NCBI GenBank assembly: GCA_965197745.1
Contig: CBDANS010000006.1
Coordinates: 1,184,001-1,248,000 of the forward strand
Length of the DNA stretch: 64,000 bases
Direction of reading: 5' to 3'
DNA from: Opitutales bacterium
GTDB lineage: Bacteria; Verrucomicrobiota; Verrucomicrobiia; Opitutales; PNEW01
Part shown: in pieces, positions 31,561-41,540 of the stretch
Position numbering within the stretch: position 1 is the stretch's first letter
Layout of the letters: each line of letters opens with the position of its first letter
Program-made: the position numbers and the translations under genes
Notes under the pieces: model-generated
What the model was told of the DNA's origin: nothing
What the model saw: only the letters and a program-made list of their open reading frames with translations
The model's database searches: none

Positions 31561-33066
31561 TTATCTAAACATCCCCACTTTGTGCAATATAGAATTAAAC
31601 CGTAAATCGTCACGAATAGGATCGAAGGCGGGATCGTGACTGATAACAAAAAGCCAGGGAGCGCTTTCCTCAAGGGCTTTTTCAAGCCATTCAAGGGCTT
31701 TTCCATAATTACCCAATCCTATATAGACGATAGCAATAAAATTGGGCTGTATATATTCATGGCTCGAACGCTCTTTCAAGTCGTCGAGTATTTTTCGAGC
31801 TTCGTTATGCTCACCGGAAATAGCGTAGGCCCATCCCAAAGTGGCTGTCGTCCACGCGCTTTCTCCCGAGAAAATCACTGATTTTTGAAGCTGGGTGATA
31901 CCCTTTTTATAACGGGCTTGAATGATGTAAACCTGGCCCAGGAGGTAATGGGCAAGAGCAAATTGGGGATCGAGTTCGAGTGCTTTGATTAACCGGGCTT
32001 TGGCGCGATCATATTGACGATTACCCAGAAGTATCCATCCCACCGAGGTATTTGCCATGATGGAAAGAGGATCAGCTCTCAGTGCCAGTTCTCCTTCAAT
32101 TATAGCTTCATCAAATCGCCCGCGCATACTTAGATAGAGCGCATACCAATAGCGAGCGGGTATATATTGAGGATTAATTTCAATAGCGCGTTTGAATTCA
32201 TTGCCTGCAGCGATCCAATCTTTTTCGTAGAGCAGACGCACGACACCAAGAGACCCATGTGCTTCAACGATGCCGCTATTTATCTCCAGAGCCGTTAAAG
32301 CTGCGCGCTTAGCCTTAGGAAAGGCTTCATCGGGGGGTAGATTGCCATAAAATCCGAATAGACTGTAGGTATCTGCAAGTCCGGCATGGGCGTGTGCGTA
32401 GCGTGAATCTTTTTCAAGAGCTTGTTCGAAGAAAGAGACAGCCTTTTTCAATCCGGCTCCCCGTTGGTTCCAGAAAAAACGGCCTTTTAAGTACAACTCA
32501 TAGGCTTCCATGTTTGGGGTGGCAATTTCAACGAGAGGGGCACTCGTTTCGCCCACTAATTTTACCTTCAAGGCATTAACAATAGCCCGAGAGATTTCGT
32601 CCTGAATGGCGAACACACTCTTAAGCTCACGGTCATAGGTGTCGGACCAAAGGTGGAAACCATCCGCGACATTTATTAACTGGGCTGTTATCCTCACCGT
32701 GTTTCCCTCTCTGCGAACGCTTCCTTCGAGAACGGTGTCGACCCCCAACCTTTCACCAATGGTGGGAATATCTCTATTTCTATCCTTGAAATTAAAGGAC
32801 GAAGTTCGAGCCGCCACGCGCAGTCCTTCTACTCTGGCAAGGGCATTCAATATTTCTTCTGCGATTCCATCGCTAAAATATTCCTGGCTTTTATCCGGGC
32901 TCATATTCACGAAGGGAAGAACAGCAATGGATGGTTTGACTGCCGGTTCCATCTCCTTTCGGTCTTTGGATGGGAGGACATCACGAAACCCGGAAAAAAT
33001 AAAGGCACCTATCAGAGATAAAAGAATCGTCCCCAATTTTAAGGATGCTGATCGTTTTCCATTCAT
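31561..33066 (-). CDS. TolB-like/TPR protein (type usually fused to cyclases or kinases)
   Basis: SIAVLPFVNMS...YFSDG...ARTSSF...LEGSVR, multiple TPRs, DPAFDPIRDD; N-terminal hydrophobic segment. Confidence 0.85.
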   Translation of the reverse strand: MNGKRSASLKLGTILLSLIGAFIFSGFRDVLPSKDRKEMEPAVKPSIAVLPFVNMSPDKSQEYFSDGIAEEILNALARVEGLRVAARTSSFNFKDRNRDIPTIGERLGVDTVLEGSVRREGNTVRITAQLINVADGFHLWSDTYDRELKSVFAIQDEISRAIVNALKVKLVGETSAPLVEIATPNMEAYELYLKGRFFWNQRGAGLKKAVSFFEQALEKDSRYAHAHAGLADTYSLFGFYGNLPPDEAFPKAKRAALTALEINSGIVEAHGSLGVVRLLYEKDWIAAGNEFKRAIEINPQYIPARYWYALYLSMRGRFDEAIIEGELALRADPLSIMANTSVGWILLGNRQYDRAKARLIKALELDPQFALAHYLLGQVYIIQARYKKGITQLQKSVIFSGESAWTTATLGWAYAISGEHNEARKILDDLKERSSHEYIQPNFIAIVYIGLGNYGKALEWLEKALEESAPWLFVISHDPAFDPIRDDLRFNSILHKVGMFR

Positions 33067-33160
33067 TTAAATTCCTCTTCAACTCAAATGAATAATCGAG
33101 TTAAGCGAACGAGTCTAATGATAACCGTTTAAGAGCAATGACAGATAATTTATCAGAGGG

Positions 33161-34478
33161 TGATCGGGTTACGTAAACTGGTCCACCGAGAGAGTTAGTC
33201 TGGAGAGGTTAATGTTGAAGTTAAGTTGGTAGAGGAAGTCAAGGCTTGGGCGCAATGAGGGCGTAGCCCGAATGGAGCCCAAGCCTTCGGTATTAATGTC
33301 TTCAGCGAAGCACCGTGGGGTGATATTGCCGAGGCTGCGGTGGGGTCGGACATTATTGTAAAGCCAGCGCCAGTCCTCGATCACCACGCGGGCTTCGGTC
33401 AAAGTCCATAGCTGTTCACGGTTTAAACACTCCTCGCGAAAACGGGCATGCAACGATTCGATGTATCCGTTCTGCCAAGGGCTTCCTGGTTCGATATAGA
33501 GGGTTTTGATTTTCATCGCAGTTAGCCAGGCTCTCAATTCCTTTTCAATGAATGGCTTCGCATGTCGTCGCTTCGCTCCTCGGAACGGAACCGTTGTCAC
33601 TGCGAATATATTGTGGCGGCCCATGACGGGCAAGCAGTTTTTGCATGATACCGCGCACCGTTTCCGCATTGATATGGCGATCAACATGGATCACTCGACA
33701 CTCGCGGGTGTACTCATCGAGCACGGTCAACATTTTTAAACTGCCACCGCGGACCGTCTTATCGTGGATAAAATCCCAGGTCCAAACATGGCCGGGATGT
33801 TCGGCCTTGGTCGGCAGCCCGGTGGAAACACCCCTGCCCCGACGTCTTGGCTTGCGTTGGGGGATCGCCAAGCCCAGTTCGCGTCGTAGACCTTGCACGA
33901 GACGTTTACCCACCTCCCAGCCTTCGTCTTTCAACAGCTTCGTGATCTTCGGATAGCCCCACCTGGCATATTGCCGTGATAACCGCCTTACTGCCGCCTT
34001 CAGTTTCATTAACCAAGCATCCGGATGCTTCGCCTTATACGCATAGGTGGAACGGTGCAGCCGAAAGTACCGGCACCCCGCTCGCATCGAACACTGGCCC
34101 CGAGCCACAAGTCTCTCTGCCACTTGCCGCTTGTGCCCAGGGCTTACAGTTTTTTTTCGAGGGTCTCCTGCAGGATCTCTATCCCCAGCATCTTGTCCGC
34201 CAGCATCCGTTTTAACCGCGCGTTCTCCTTCAAAGAGTTCCTTCATCCGCTTGGCCTGGTCGACATCAATCATCCCAAACTCACGCTTCCAGCGGTGGAA
34301 AGTCTGTTCGCTAATGTTGTTCTCGCGGCATGCTTCCAGGATCGTTTTCCCTTTGTCCGCCTGCCGCAGCATCCGTATTTTCTCTTCAGTTGTGTATCTT
34401 TTGCCTTTCATTGTCTGAGTCCTTTCTAGGTTACCCAGACTAACTTTTCAAGTGTACCAGTTTTCGTGGTCACGACCA
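33161..34478 (-). mobile_element. IS3-family element type A, copy 2, inverted relative to copy 1, 4-bp TSD AGGG
   Basis: Same length and identical ORF translations as 4609-5926; AGGG at 33157-33160 and 34479-34482. Confidence 0.95.
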
Positions 34479-36922
34479 AGGGTAATATTAGTTTCGGGTA
34501 AGATTGAGAAGCTTAGTAATAAGTTTTTAAGTTAATAACCTTTTGTAAAAATAGTATCAGCTTTGGTTTTAATCCATTTAAGCTCATCTTGAGAAAGATT
34601 TTTCGCGGTAAGGACAATGACTGGAATATTAGAAAACCTTTCCTGGTCCCGAAATTCTTTTAAAAAACTCAACCCATCCATTACCGGCATGATAAGATCG
34701 AGGAAAATAACATCCGGGGTGAATGATTCCAGCGATTCTAAAGCTTCCCTTCCATTAGCGGCTGTGCGAATTTCGTTTTTATCCTCTTCCAGCCATAATT
34801 TTACCATTTCCTGATATTCGTGACTGTCTTCAACGACTAATACTTTTCTATCTTCAATCTGGTCTGAATTCAACGATCGTCTGATACAAGCGAGAAAATC
34901 GGTTTCCCCAACGGGTTTCGTCAAAGCGTCAACAGCTCCCAGGGAGATGGCCTTACTCTTATCTCTATCGGCTACCATACTGATGATAATAACCGGGATA
35001 TGGGATAAATTCGGATCTTTTTTAAAGCGCCCAGTAATTCCAATCCGTTAGCCTGGGGCATCATTATATCCAGGGTAATAAGGTCGGGTTTGTATTCGTT
35101 AACAACGTAAAAAAATTTTTCCGGCTCGCCGCACTCCTGGTACTCAGCGCCTATTTCTTTTATATACTGACCGATAAATTCCCGAGCGTCGGAATCATCA
35201 TCCACCACGAGTATGCGTTTACCCGGTGTGATGGGGAGAAATCTTTTCAAAGATGATTTTGAGTCGTCAATAAGGGACAAGGTCTCAACGACGTCAGCTG
35301 CTTCTCGCATTTTCTTTTCCTCGGTTTCCTCTTCATCCTTTGTGGATACTGGTTCTTCCTTTTCTATTTTTTCCTCTTCTTTGATAGTGACCCCGTTTAA
35401 TTCAATCGAAAAAGTACTTCCTTCTCCATATTCACTACTGAGGGTTAAATTACCGCCCAGCAGTTTGACCATGTCGCGGGATAAGGTAAGACCGAGTCCG
35501 GTACCTCCATATTCTCGTGAAGTGCTGCTGTCGGCCTGGGTAAAAGGTTCGAATATGGTATTGATCATTTCAGGCATGATACCGATTCCGGTATCGGCAA
35601 TGTCAATGAGAGCTTTTTGTTTATCCGCGTCGAGCAATTCACACCGCACAATTACCGATCCCTCATTTGTAAATTTAACCGCGTTTCCAACTAAATTTGT
35701 TAACACCTGTTTTAATTTGAATCCGTCAGTGTTTAAGAGGATCGAAGAATCAGAAATCTCGCTTTTTAAAATTATATTTTTACCAGTGGCTTCCTGTTGA
35801 AACATATCGACGACATCTCGGATTATGGGGATCAAGTCAGTACTTTCCGGCACTAAATCCATACGGAGCGCTTCAATTTTTGCCAGATCCAGAATGTCAT
35901 TGATTAATGATAAGAGATGTTTCCCGTTATTATTTACTTTTTCTATTCGGTTGATATCCGCGGAGGTGAGATTCCCATTACGGTTTTTCACGAGGATACC
36001 TGAAAATCCAATAATGGAATTAAGCGGGGTGCGTAATTCGTGACTCATATTAGCGACAAATTCACTTTTTTGCCGGTGCGAAGCCGCCAGTTCTTCATTA
36101 GCTTCTTCCAAGAGGATAGACTGTTTGTGAACCGCGCGATAAGTGATAGCATTTATAATTGAATTGGCGGGGACCTCGGTATGGTTAGACAGATGTTGGC
36201 GCGTCTGTTTATCCATTTTGCTATGACTGGCGAGAATCACCAACCCGAGAATTTTCTTTCGGAAAATTAAAGGGATTCCATAAATATTTCTGATTTTAGC
36301 ATCAGTGGATTCTAAATTTATATCGGGCAATGCCTCGAGGTCCATATCATCGAGAATAATCCACTCACGCCTGCGCAATATTTCACCGGGAAAACCGTCC
36401 ATGATATCGGTATCGGAAAAGTGTCGAAGGAATGAACGATCCTCGCTTTTGCGAACCAAAGGAACCAGCTCATCTTTTTGTTCCTCATAAAGATAAAATA
36501 TGCCTACCTGGCTGTTGGATATCCACATCAGGTAGTCGATTGAAGAAGAGGCAATCGTGTTAATTTCAATCGATGCTATTTTAGAAAGGAATTCTCCGAA
36601 CATTTCCTGTCTCGCTACGGAGAGGGAAAGTTCCTGATTCTGATCTTCCAGTTGCAATCTCGAAGAATCTATTTTATTGCGTGATGATTCCAGCTCAGAG
36701 ATTGAAGAGGAGATTTTCGCCGCCATCTGATTGACGGAGGCAGCCAGTCTTCCCAGGGAATCTGAACTTATGTCATCGGATCGGGCCTCGTAGTCTCCTT
36801 GACCGATATTATCGGCAATGATGGAAAGCTGACGTAAGCGAATTGAGGTGTACCTGAATTGATTTAATATTACGCGTTTATAACCTTAACACAAGACAAC
36901 AACCATTAATTATGAAACATAA

Positions 36923-37330
36923 GTGGTTAAAAGACTTAGAAACTGTTTCCTGTTTGGCTTTGGAGTCGGGATTGGTCTTATTATCGAGTTCTACATCCAC
37001 CAGGAGTCCACAATGATATTGTTTGGCTTTGCAAGTTTGATGCTTTTGTGTGTTCTTTTATGTGCTATTCCTGAATTAAAAACGTGGCTTTTTGTTTTCA
37101 AACAAAACTATGTGATATATGTTTTGAGAGTTGAGAATATTGATGGTCTCGATCACTTTTTTGCTCGAGATATGCAAGGCGAATTTTTATACGACATTCA
37201 ATGCTCTACAAAAGATTATAAACGCCCTCCATACGATGTTGGAACTGTAGTATATGTACGTGGTAAACGTGGCTGTAAGAGGAAAGGAGCTTATCAATTA
37301 CTCGTTGATTGCTTTGTTACCATACCATGA
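36923..37330 (+). CDS. IS1595 passenger: hypothetical 2-TM protein
   Basis: 135-aa ORF inside IS ends, two hydrophobic segments. Confidence 0.6.
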   Translation: MVKRLRNCFLFGFGVGIGLIIEFYIHQESTMILFGFASLMLLCVLLCAIPELKTWLFVFKQNYVIYVLRVENIDGLDHFFARDMQGEFLYDIQCSTKDYKRPPYDVGTVVYVRGKRGCKRKGAYQLLVDCFVTIP

Positions 37331-37410
37331 TCAGAAATAGAACGCTTAATGACTCAAAATGACAACTAAATCACAGGCGAGGTTTAATGCACTGATCAAA
37401 GCAGCGTGCT

Positions 37411-38265
37411 CTAAAGATTTGCGACCAAATCCCCAAAAATCGCGTTCGGCCAATCCCGACGATTGTAGCGATATTCAAACTCCTTCACATATTTCTGGAG
37501 ATGCTTCTTCGAAACGTGGACGTGCGTCCCGCGTATCGAAAGCTTCAAGCGCGCCCAGAACCCCTCAATCCCGTTAACATGAATATCTCCCCGACTATAT
37601 TCGCCATCCCCGTGATTAACAGTTCTATGCCTATAACCAATTTTATTAATCCCATTATAAGATCGGAGTTCATCAGTATGCATTATGCTTCCTTGTTTCA
37701 CGTTTTCTTTAACAATGGGTTGAAGGACGTGTTTGCGAACATTAGGAACAATTTTAGTCATTATTTCGCCGTTACGTTCAAGCATCCCAAAGACCACCGT
37801 TTTATTAGATGCACCACGTCCACGCTTGCCCCCAGAATGTCTCCCCCAAATATAGATTTCGTCGGCTTCTACAATACCTTTCAAAGTATTTTCACCGTCA
37901 ACGTCCGCCATATATTTGCGAATTTCGTGCGCCATACGCCATGCGGTTTTGTATGGCACGTCAAGTTGCCGACTCAGTTCCATTGCTGCAACACCATGCC
38001 GAGAAGTAGAAAACAAATACATGGCGTAGAACCACTTATGGAGAGGAAGGTGGGTATTCCCCATAAGTGTTCCAACACATGGGTAAAGATGATGACCACA
38101 GTGTTGGCATACATATCCACGATCTCTTGTCATGCGATAAAACTTACTAAAAGCGTCACATTTTGGGCAGTCAAGCTCTGTGCCACCATAGCGCTCAACC
38201 ATAATACGTTGCAAACATGCTTCATCGTTAGGGAATTGCTTTTGGAATTCATAGAAACTTTTCAT
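37411..38265 (-). CDS. IS1595 transposase
   Basis: Zn ribbon CPKC...CQHC, VEADE, HTDE, NGIEGFW, EFEYRYN. Confidence 0.95.
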   Translation of the reverse strand: MKSFYEFQKQFPNDEACLQRIMVERYGGTELDCPKCDAFSKFYRMTRDRGYVCQHCGHHLYPCVGTLMGNTHLPLHKWFYAMYLFSTSRHGVAAMELSRQLDVPYKTAWRMAHEIRKYMADVDGENTLKGIVEADEIYIWGRHSGGKRGRGASNKTVVFGMLERNGEIMTKIVPNVRKHVLQPIVKENVKQGSIMHTDELRSYNGINKIGYRHRTVNHGDGEYSRGDIHVNGIEGFWARLKLSIRGTHVHVSKKHLQKYVKEFEYRYNRRDWPNAIFGDLVANL

Positions 38266-38660
38266 ATTGTCCTTAATTTTGGTTTAATTGAGGGTAAATA
38301 TAACACACAATTAAACTTGTGTAAAGGTTATAAACGCGAAATATTAAGATCAATGCGAGGATAATGAAACCTATGGTTAAAACACGTGGATCAATTACCT
38401 GGGTATCTGCTTTTTCCGCTTCAAGTATAGTTGGGTAATAAACAATGGCTAAAACAGAGAAGAGAAGAATAACCAGTAAAAAGCCGCCAAAGACAGAAAA
38501 AGGGCGGGTTTTATTTAACTTTAATCCTGTTTTTTCTTTGATGCTCATGACAAAGCGTACACCTCCCAACGGGTCCTAAAGTAAAGAAAAGAGAACATCA
38601 TTTTATCAACTTGAAATCAAGGATATAAGGGTAAATGCCGTCCTCAATTCCCCTTTTCCC

Positions 38661-39614
38661 TTATTTTTGATTTAATATTATAATCCTGGTCCTGTCATCT
38701 GGCTGACCCGCAACCCATTGATTGTTCCACTCAGGGATAAAAGATTCATTTTTGAATTTCTGGTCATTGAGCCCAATCGTCGAAAGGATTAACTGATTTC
38801 GGTCTCTTTCCATTAAACGCATTTCAAATGGATACTCAATGAGTGCCCCCGTTTGACAATGAATGGCGCCACCCATACCGGTGATATCCGAGATGTGCCA
38901 GTGCCCGCAAAATACGGCAATGATATTTGTGTGTTGCGAGATCATCCTGCGCAGCGATTCCTCATGTACGCTGTAGGAGGCAAAGTGATGATAAGGTGTC
39001 GGGTAATCATTTATTGGTTTCCCCGTCTGTAAAGTTTCAACAGGATAAGTTGGCTTTGAATGTATCGGCGCATGGGTAACAATAATTGTCGGCTGGTCTT
39101 GATTTTCGGTGAGTTCATTTTTCAGCCAGTCAAGAACGTCCTGCGAAGGGCCAATGCCTGAATAATCTTCTTCCCGAACAATTGTCGTTTCTTGATAATC
39201 ATACGCTTTCCCGTCTTTTGTTATCCAGTTAGCGCTATCGAGGAAAATAAAACGTAGCCCGGCTAAATCACGAGAATAGTATAAGTTGCCGTTTTCATTT
39301 TCAATGAGAGTGGTGATGGATTTCCGAATCCCCTCGGTTTGTGCGTCGTGATTTCCAAGAATAATATAATAGGGGCAAGCCATGCGGTCCATGATATCCA
39401 CCCCAAATTGAAAACTTTCTACATCTCCAGGATGAGTGAAGTCACCACAATGGATAATATAATCGGGGGACAGATTCTTAACGGTTGAAATGAGCGCTTC
39501 ACCGATTTCAGCTGACCGCGAACCGAGCGTTCGATTCCACCAGCGACTGTCCTGACCTTTTCCCGGTGGAGAAAAATGGGTATCGGTCATAATTACAAAT
39601 CGGGCGTCTATCAT
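38661..39614 (-). CDS. Calcineurin-like metallophosphoesterase
   Basis: DTH, GD, GNHD, GHWH. Confidence 0.9.
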   Translation of the reverse strand: MIDARFVIMTDTHFSPPGKGQDSRWWNRTLGSRSAEIGEALISTVKNLSPDYIIHCGDFTHPGDVESFQFGVDIMDRMACPYYIILGNHDAQTEGIRKSITTLIENENGNLYYSRDLAGLRFIFLDSANWITKDGKAYDYQETTIVREEDYSGIGPSQDVLDWLKNELTENQDQPTIIVTHAPIHSKPTYPVETLQTGKPINDYPTPYHHFASYSVHEESLRRMISQHTNIIAVFCGHWHISDITGMGGAIHCQTGALIEYPFEMRLMERDRNQLILSTIGLNDQKFKNESFIPEWNNQWVAGQPDDRTRIIILNQK

Positions 39615-39711
39615 GATCGACTAAAAAGTAATATATTTAAACGCACTATGGGTCTGTATTAGATGGGACATTTTATCAACAGATTAATTAAAGTCCGGAA
39701 ATGGGCGGTTA

Positions 39712-41445
39712 CTATGAATCCTCGATCGGCGTCTCTCCCGTCGACCATAGGGTTAAGCCGAAATGTTTTTTCTTTTCCGGCTTGCGACAGAATAAGAGCA
39801 AACCAAAACCGACAAATAAAAAGATAAAGATTCCGGGAAATTGTACCCATTGAAAGCTAAGCACGCCCCCCTCGGTATAACGGCCGGAATAGTACCAGAA
39901 ACTGGTGCTGAATGAATAAGCCAGGGCAAATACCGCAAGTAACCCCGCGCTGAATACGTGAGATTTACGACTGATTTTTAATAGAGCCGCAACGAGAAAT
40001 AAAAATCCGGCCACGGCCAGTGGAATTAAAATAGTCTTAATGGGTATGGCCCCTTCGAGGCCGTTCTTTGATGAAACGTACCAGGTAATCATTCCCGTTA
40101 TTACTCCCCAACTAAAAGTTAATCCTACCCAGATGACGCGACTGTTAACTTTGCGGGAGCATACGGTGATAAGAAAGACAGGCCCCAGGACAATGCCATA
40201 GGAATTCCATATCGCACCGGCTTCAACTACGGTCTCTCTCAGTTTAGATGCAGTCCCCGCAATAGATAAGGCCACGGCAATCGCGATTACTCCAATCGCG
40301 ACCGTTAAAATACGTGCGATCGCATATTGCCTGCCTTCCGTCGCCGACGGATTGATGTATTTCAAATAGACATCTTTAAGCATCACCGCTGAAAGGCTGT
40401 TTATTCCCGAGTCAAGAGTCGACATCGCTGCTGCCAACATTGCGGCAAGAATCAATCCCGGCAGCGGGGCTGGCATTTTCGTGGCAATGAAGGTATAAAG
40501 CGCGGCATCACCTGTAGTCACACTGGGATCAGGATACAGTCCATAGTAAGTAAAAATAGAAAAACCGATTAACCAGAGCATAAGAACCATGGGAACGAGA
40601 AGCACAGAGTTGGTGTATGCGGCATACTTGGCTTTCTCATAAGTGCCTGCGCTCAGCAATCGCTGGATGGTGATCTGGTCTGCACAGGCAATATAGATAG
40701 GGTTTACCAATTCGTTGATTAAAATAAACCAGAAACATAATCGCAGATAGGGATCCAATCGGTAAAAATCGGGGTTGGCGTAATGTATCGGTCCACGGTC
40801 ATGCTCTAATGAATAGTTGAGAACTCCGATAAAGCCACCGTCGACATTTTTGCAGATCATTACAATGATTAGCAACATCCCGCCAAAAAGAACGAAGAAC
40901 TGGATAACATCGGTCCAGATGACTACGCGCATGCCCCCGAGAAAGGTATAAAAAATACCAATCATCGCGATTACAGGAATGGTAATCATTACCGGCCATC
41001 CTACCGCGCTCTCGAAGATTTTCGACGAGGCATAAAGAACCATCGAGAGGTAAGCGAGCCGGGTCCAGAAATATAGCATGCTGATTACAATCCGAACACT
41101 TGAATCATAGCGACGCTCGAGGTATTCGAAGGGAGTGAAAACCTTCAGCTTAAAATAGAACCGCACACAGAGAAAAAAACCAATCAGCGAGGTGATCGGC
41201 AGGAAGATTTGTGCTAAAAACAACGACAATCCATGATTATAGATCTCCCCTGGAATCATTACCAAAGAGATGGTGCTTATGATGGATATTTTATAGGAGA
41301 TACCTACCGCCCACCATGGCATCTTTCGTCCTCCCAGAAGGTACTCCTCGCTCGTTTTCTCCCGGCGCGAAAACCAAAAACCCATCGCCACCATCATACC
41401 CATGTAAATGACAATGGTCAGGTAATTGATAGCCCCAAAATTCAT
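39712..41445 (-). CDS. Sodium:solute symporter (SSS), paralog 2
   Basis: YLLGGRKMPWW, EYLERRY, GGMRVVIWTD, AAAMSTLDS. Confidence 0.9.
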   Translation of the reverse strand: MNFGAINYLTIVIYMGMMVAMGFWFSRREKTSEEYLLGGRKMPWWAVGISYKISIISTISLVMIPGEIYNHGLSLFLAQIFLPITSLIGFFLCVRFYFKLKVFTPFEYLERRYDSSVRIVISMLYFWTRLAYLSMVLYASSKIFESAVGWPVMITIPVIAMIGIFYTFLGGMRVVIWTDVIQFFVLFGGMLLIIVMICKNVDGGFIGVLNYSLEHDRGPIHYANPDFYRLDPYLRLCFWFILINELVNPIYIACADQITIQRLLSAGTYEKAKYAAYTNSVLLVPMVLMLWLIGFSIFTYYGLYPDPSVTTGDAALYTFIATKMPAPLPGLILAAMLAAAMSTLDSGINSLSAVMLKDVYLKYINPSATEGRQYAIARILTVAIGVIAIAVALSIAGTASKLRETVVEAGAIWNSYGIVLGPVFLITVCSRKVNSRVIWVGLTFSWGVITGMITWYVSSKNGLEGAIPIKTILIPLAVAGFLFLVAALLKISRKSHVFSAGLLAVFALAYSFSTSFWYYSGRYTEGGVLSFQWVQFPGIFIFLFVGFGLLLFCRKPEKKKHFGLTLWSTGETPIEDS

Positions 41446-41540
41446 TTCGATTTTCGTTTAACGCTCAGGAATTTAAAGAGGATTGAAAGAATGGATGTGT
41501 GAAATAATGTATTCATAACCGCTGAGACGCATTTCAATTG

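Larger units (their letters stand above)
36873..38338 (-). mobile_element. IS1595-family element (1466 bp) with passenger gene(s)
   Basis: IR CGCGTTTATAACCTT(A/T)ACACAAG at both ends; 8-bp TSD TAATATTA/AAATATTA (7/8 match). Confidence 0.95.
34532..38548 (-). pseudogene. Hybrid sensor histidine kinase (2TM-HAMP-GAF-HisKA-HATPase-REC-REC) split by IS1595 and frameshifted at 35018-35023
   Basis: SHELRTPL H-box, N/G boxes, two receiver domains; removing 36873-38338 plus one TSD gives in-frame ALILILNQFRYTSIRLRQL...NQMAAKI. Confidence 0.9.

Noticed and set aside
5927..33160. Past inversion or composite transposon between the two inverted IS3 copies
   Set aside because: Copy 2 keeps its own AGGG TSD on both sides, and copy 1 flanks (AAGG/GGTG) do not pair with it
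37359..37577. 72-aa ORF as a second IS passenger
   Set aside because: Mostly overlaps the transposase 3' end antisense; cannot be supported as a gene
37501..38364. 287-aa antisense ORF over the IS1595 transposase
   Set aside because: Shadow ORF with no recognisable motifs, running beyond the IS end
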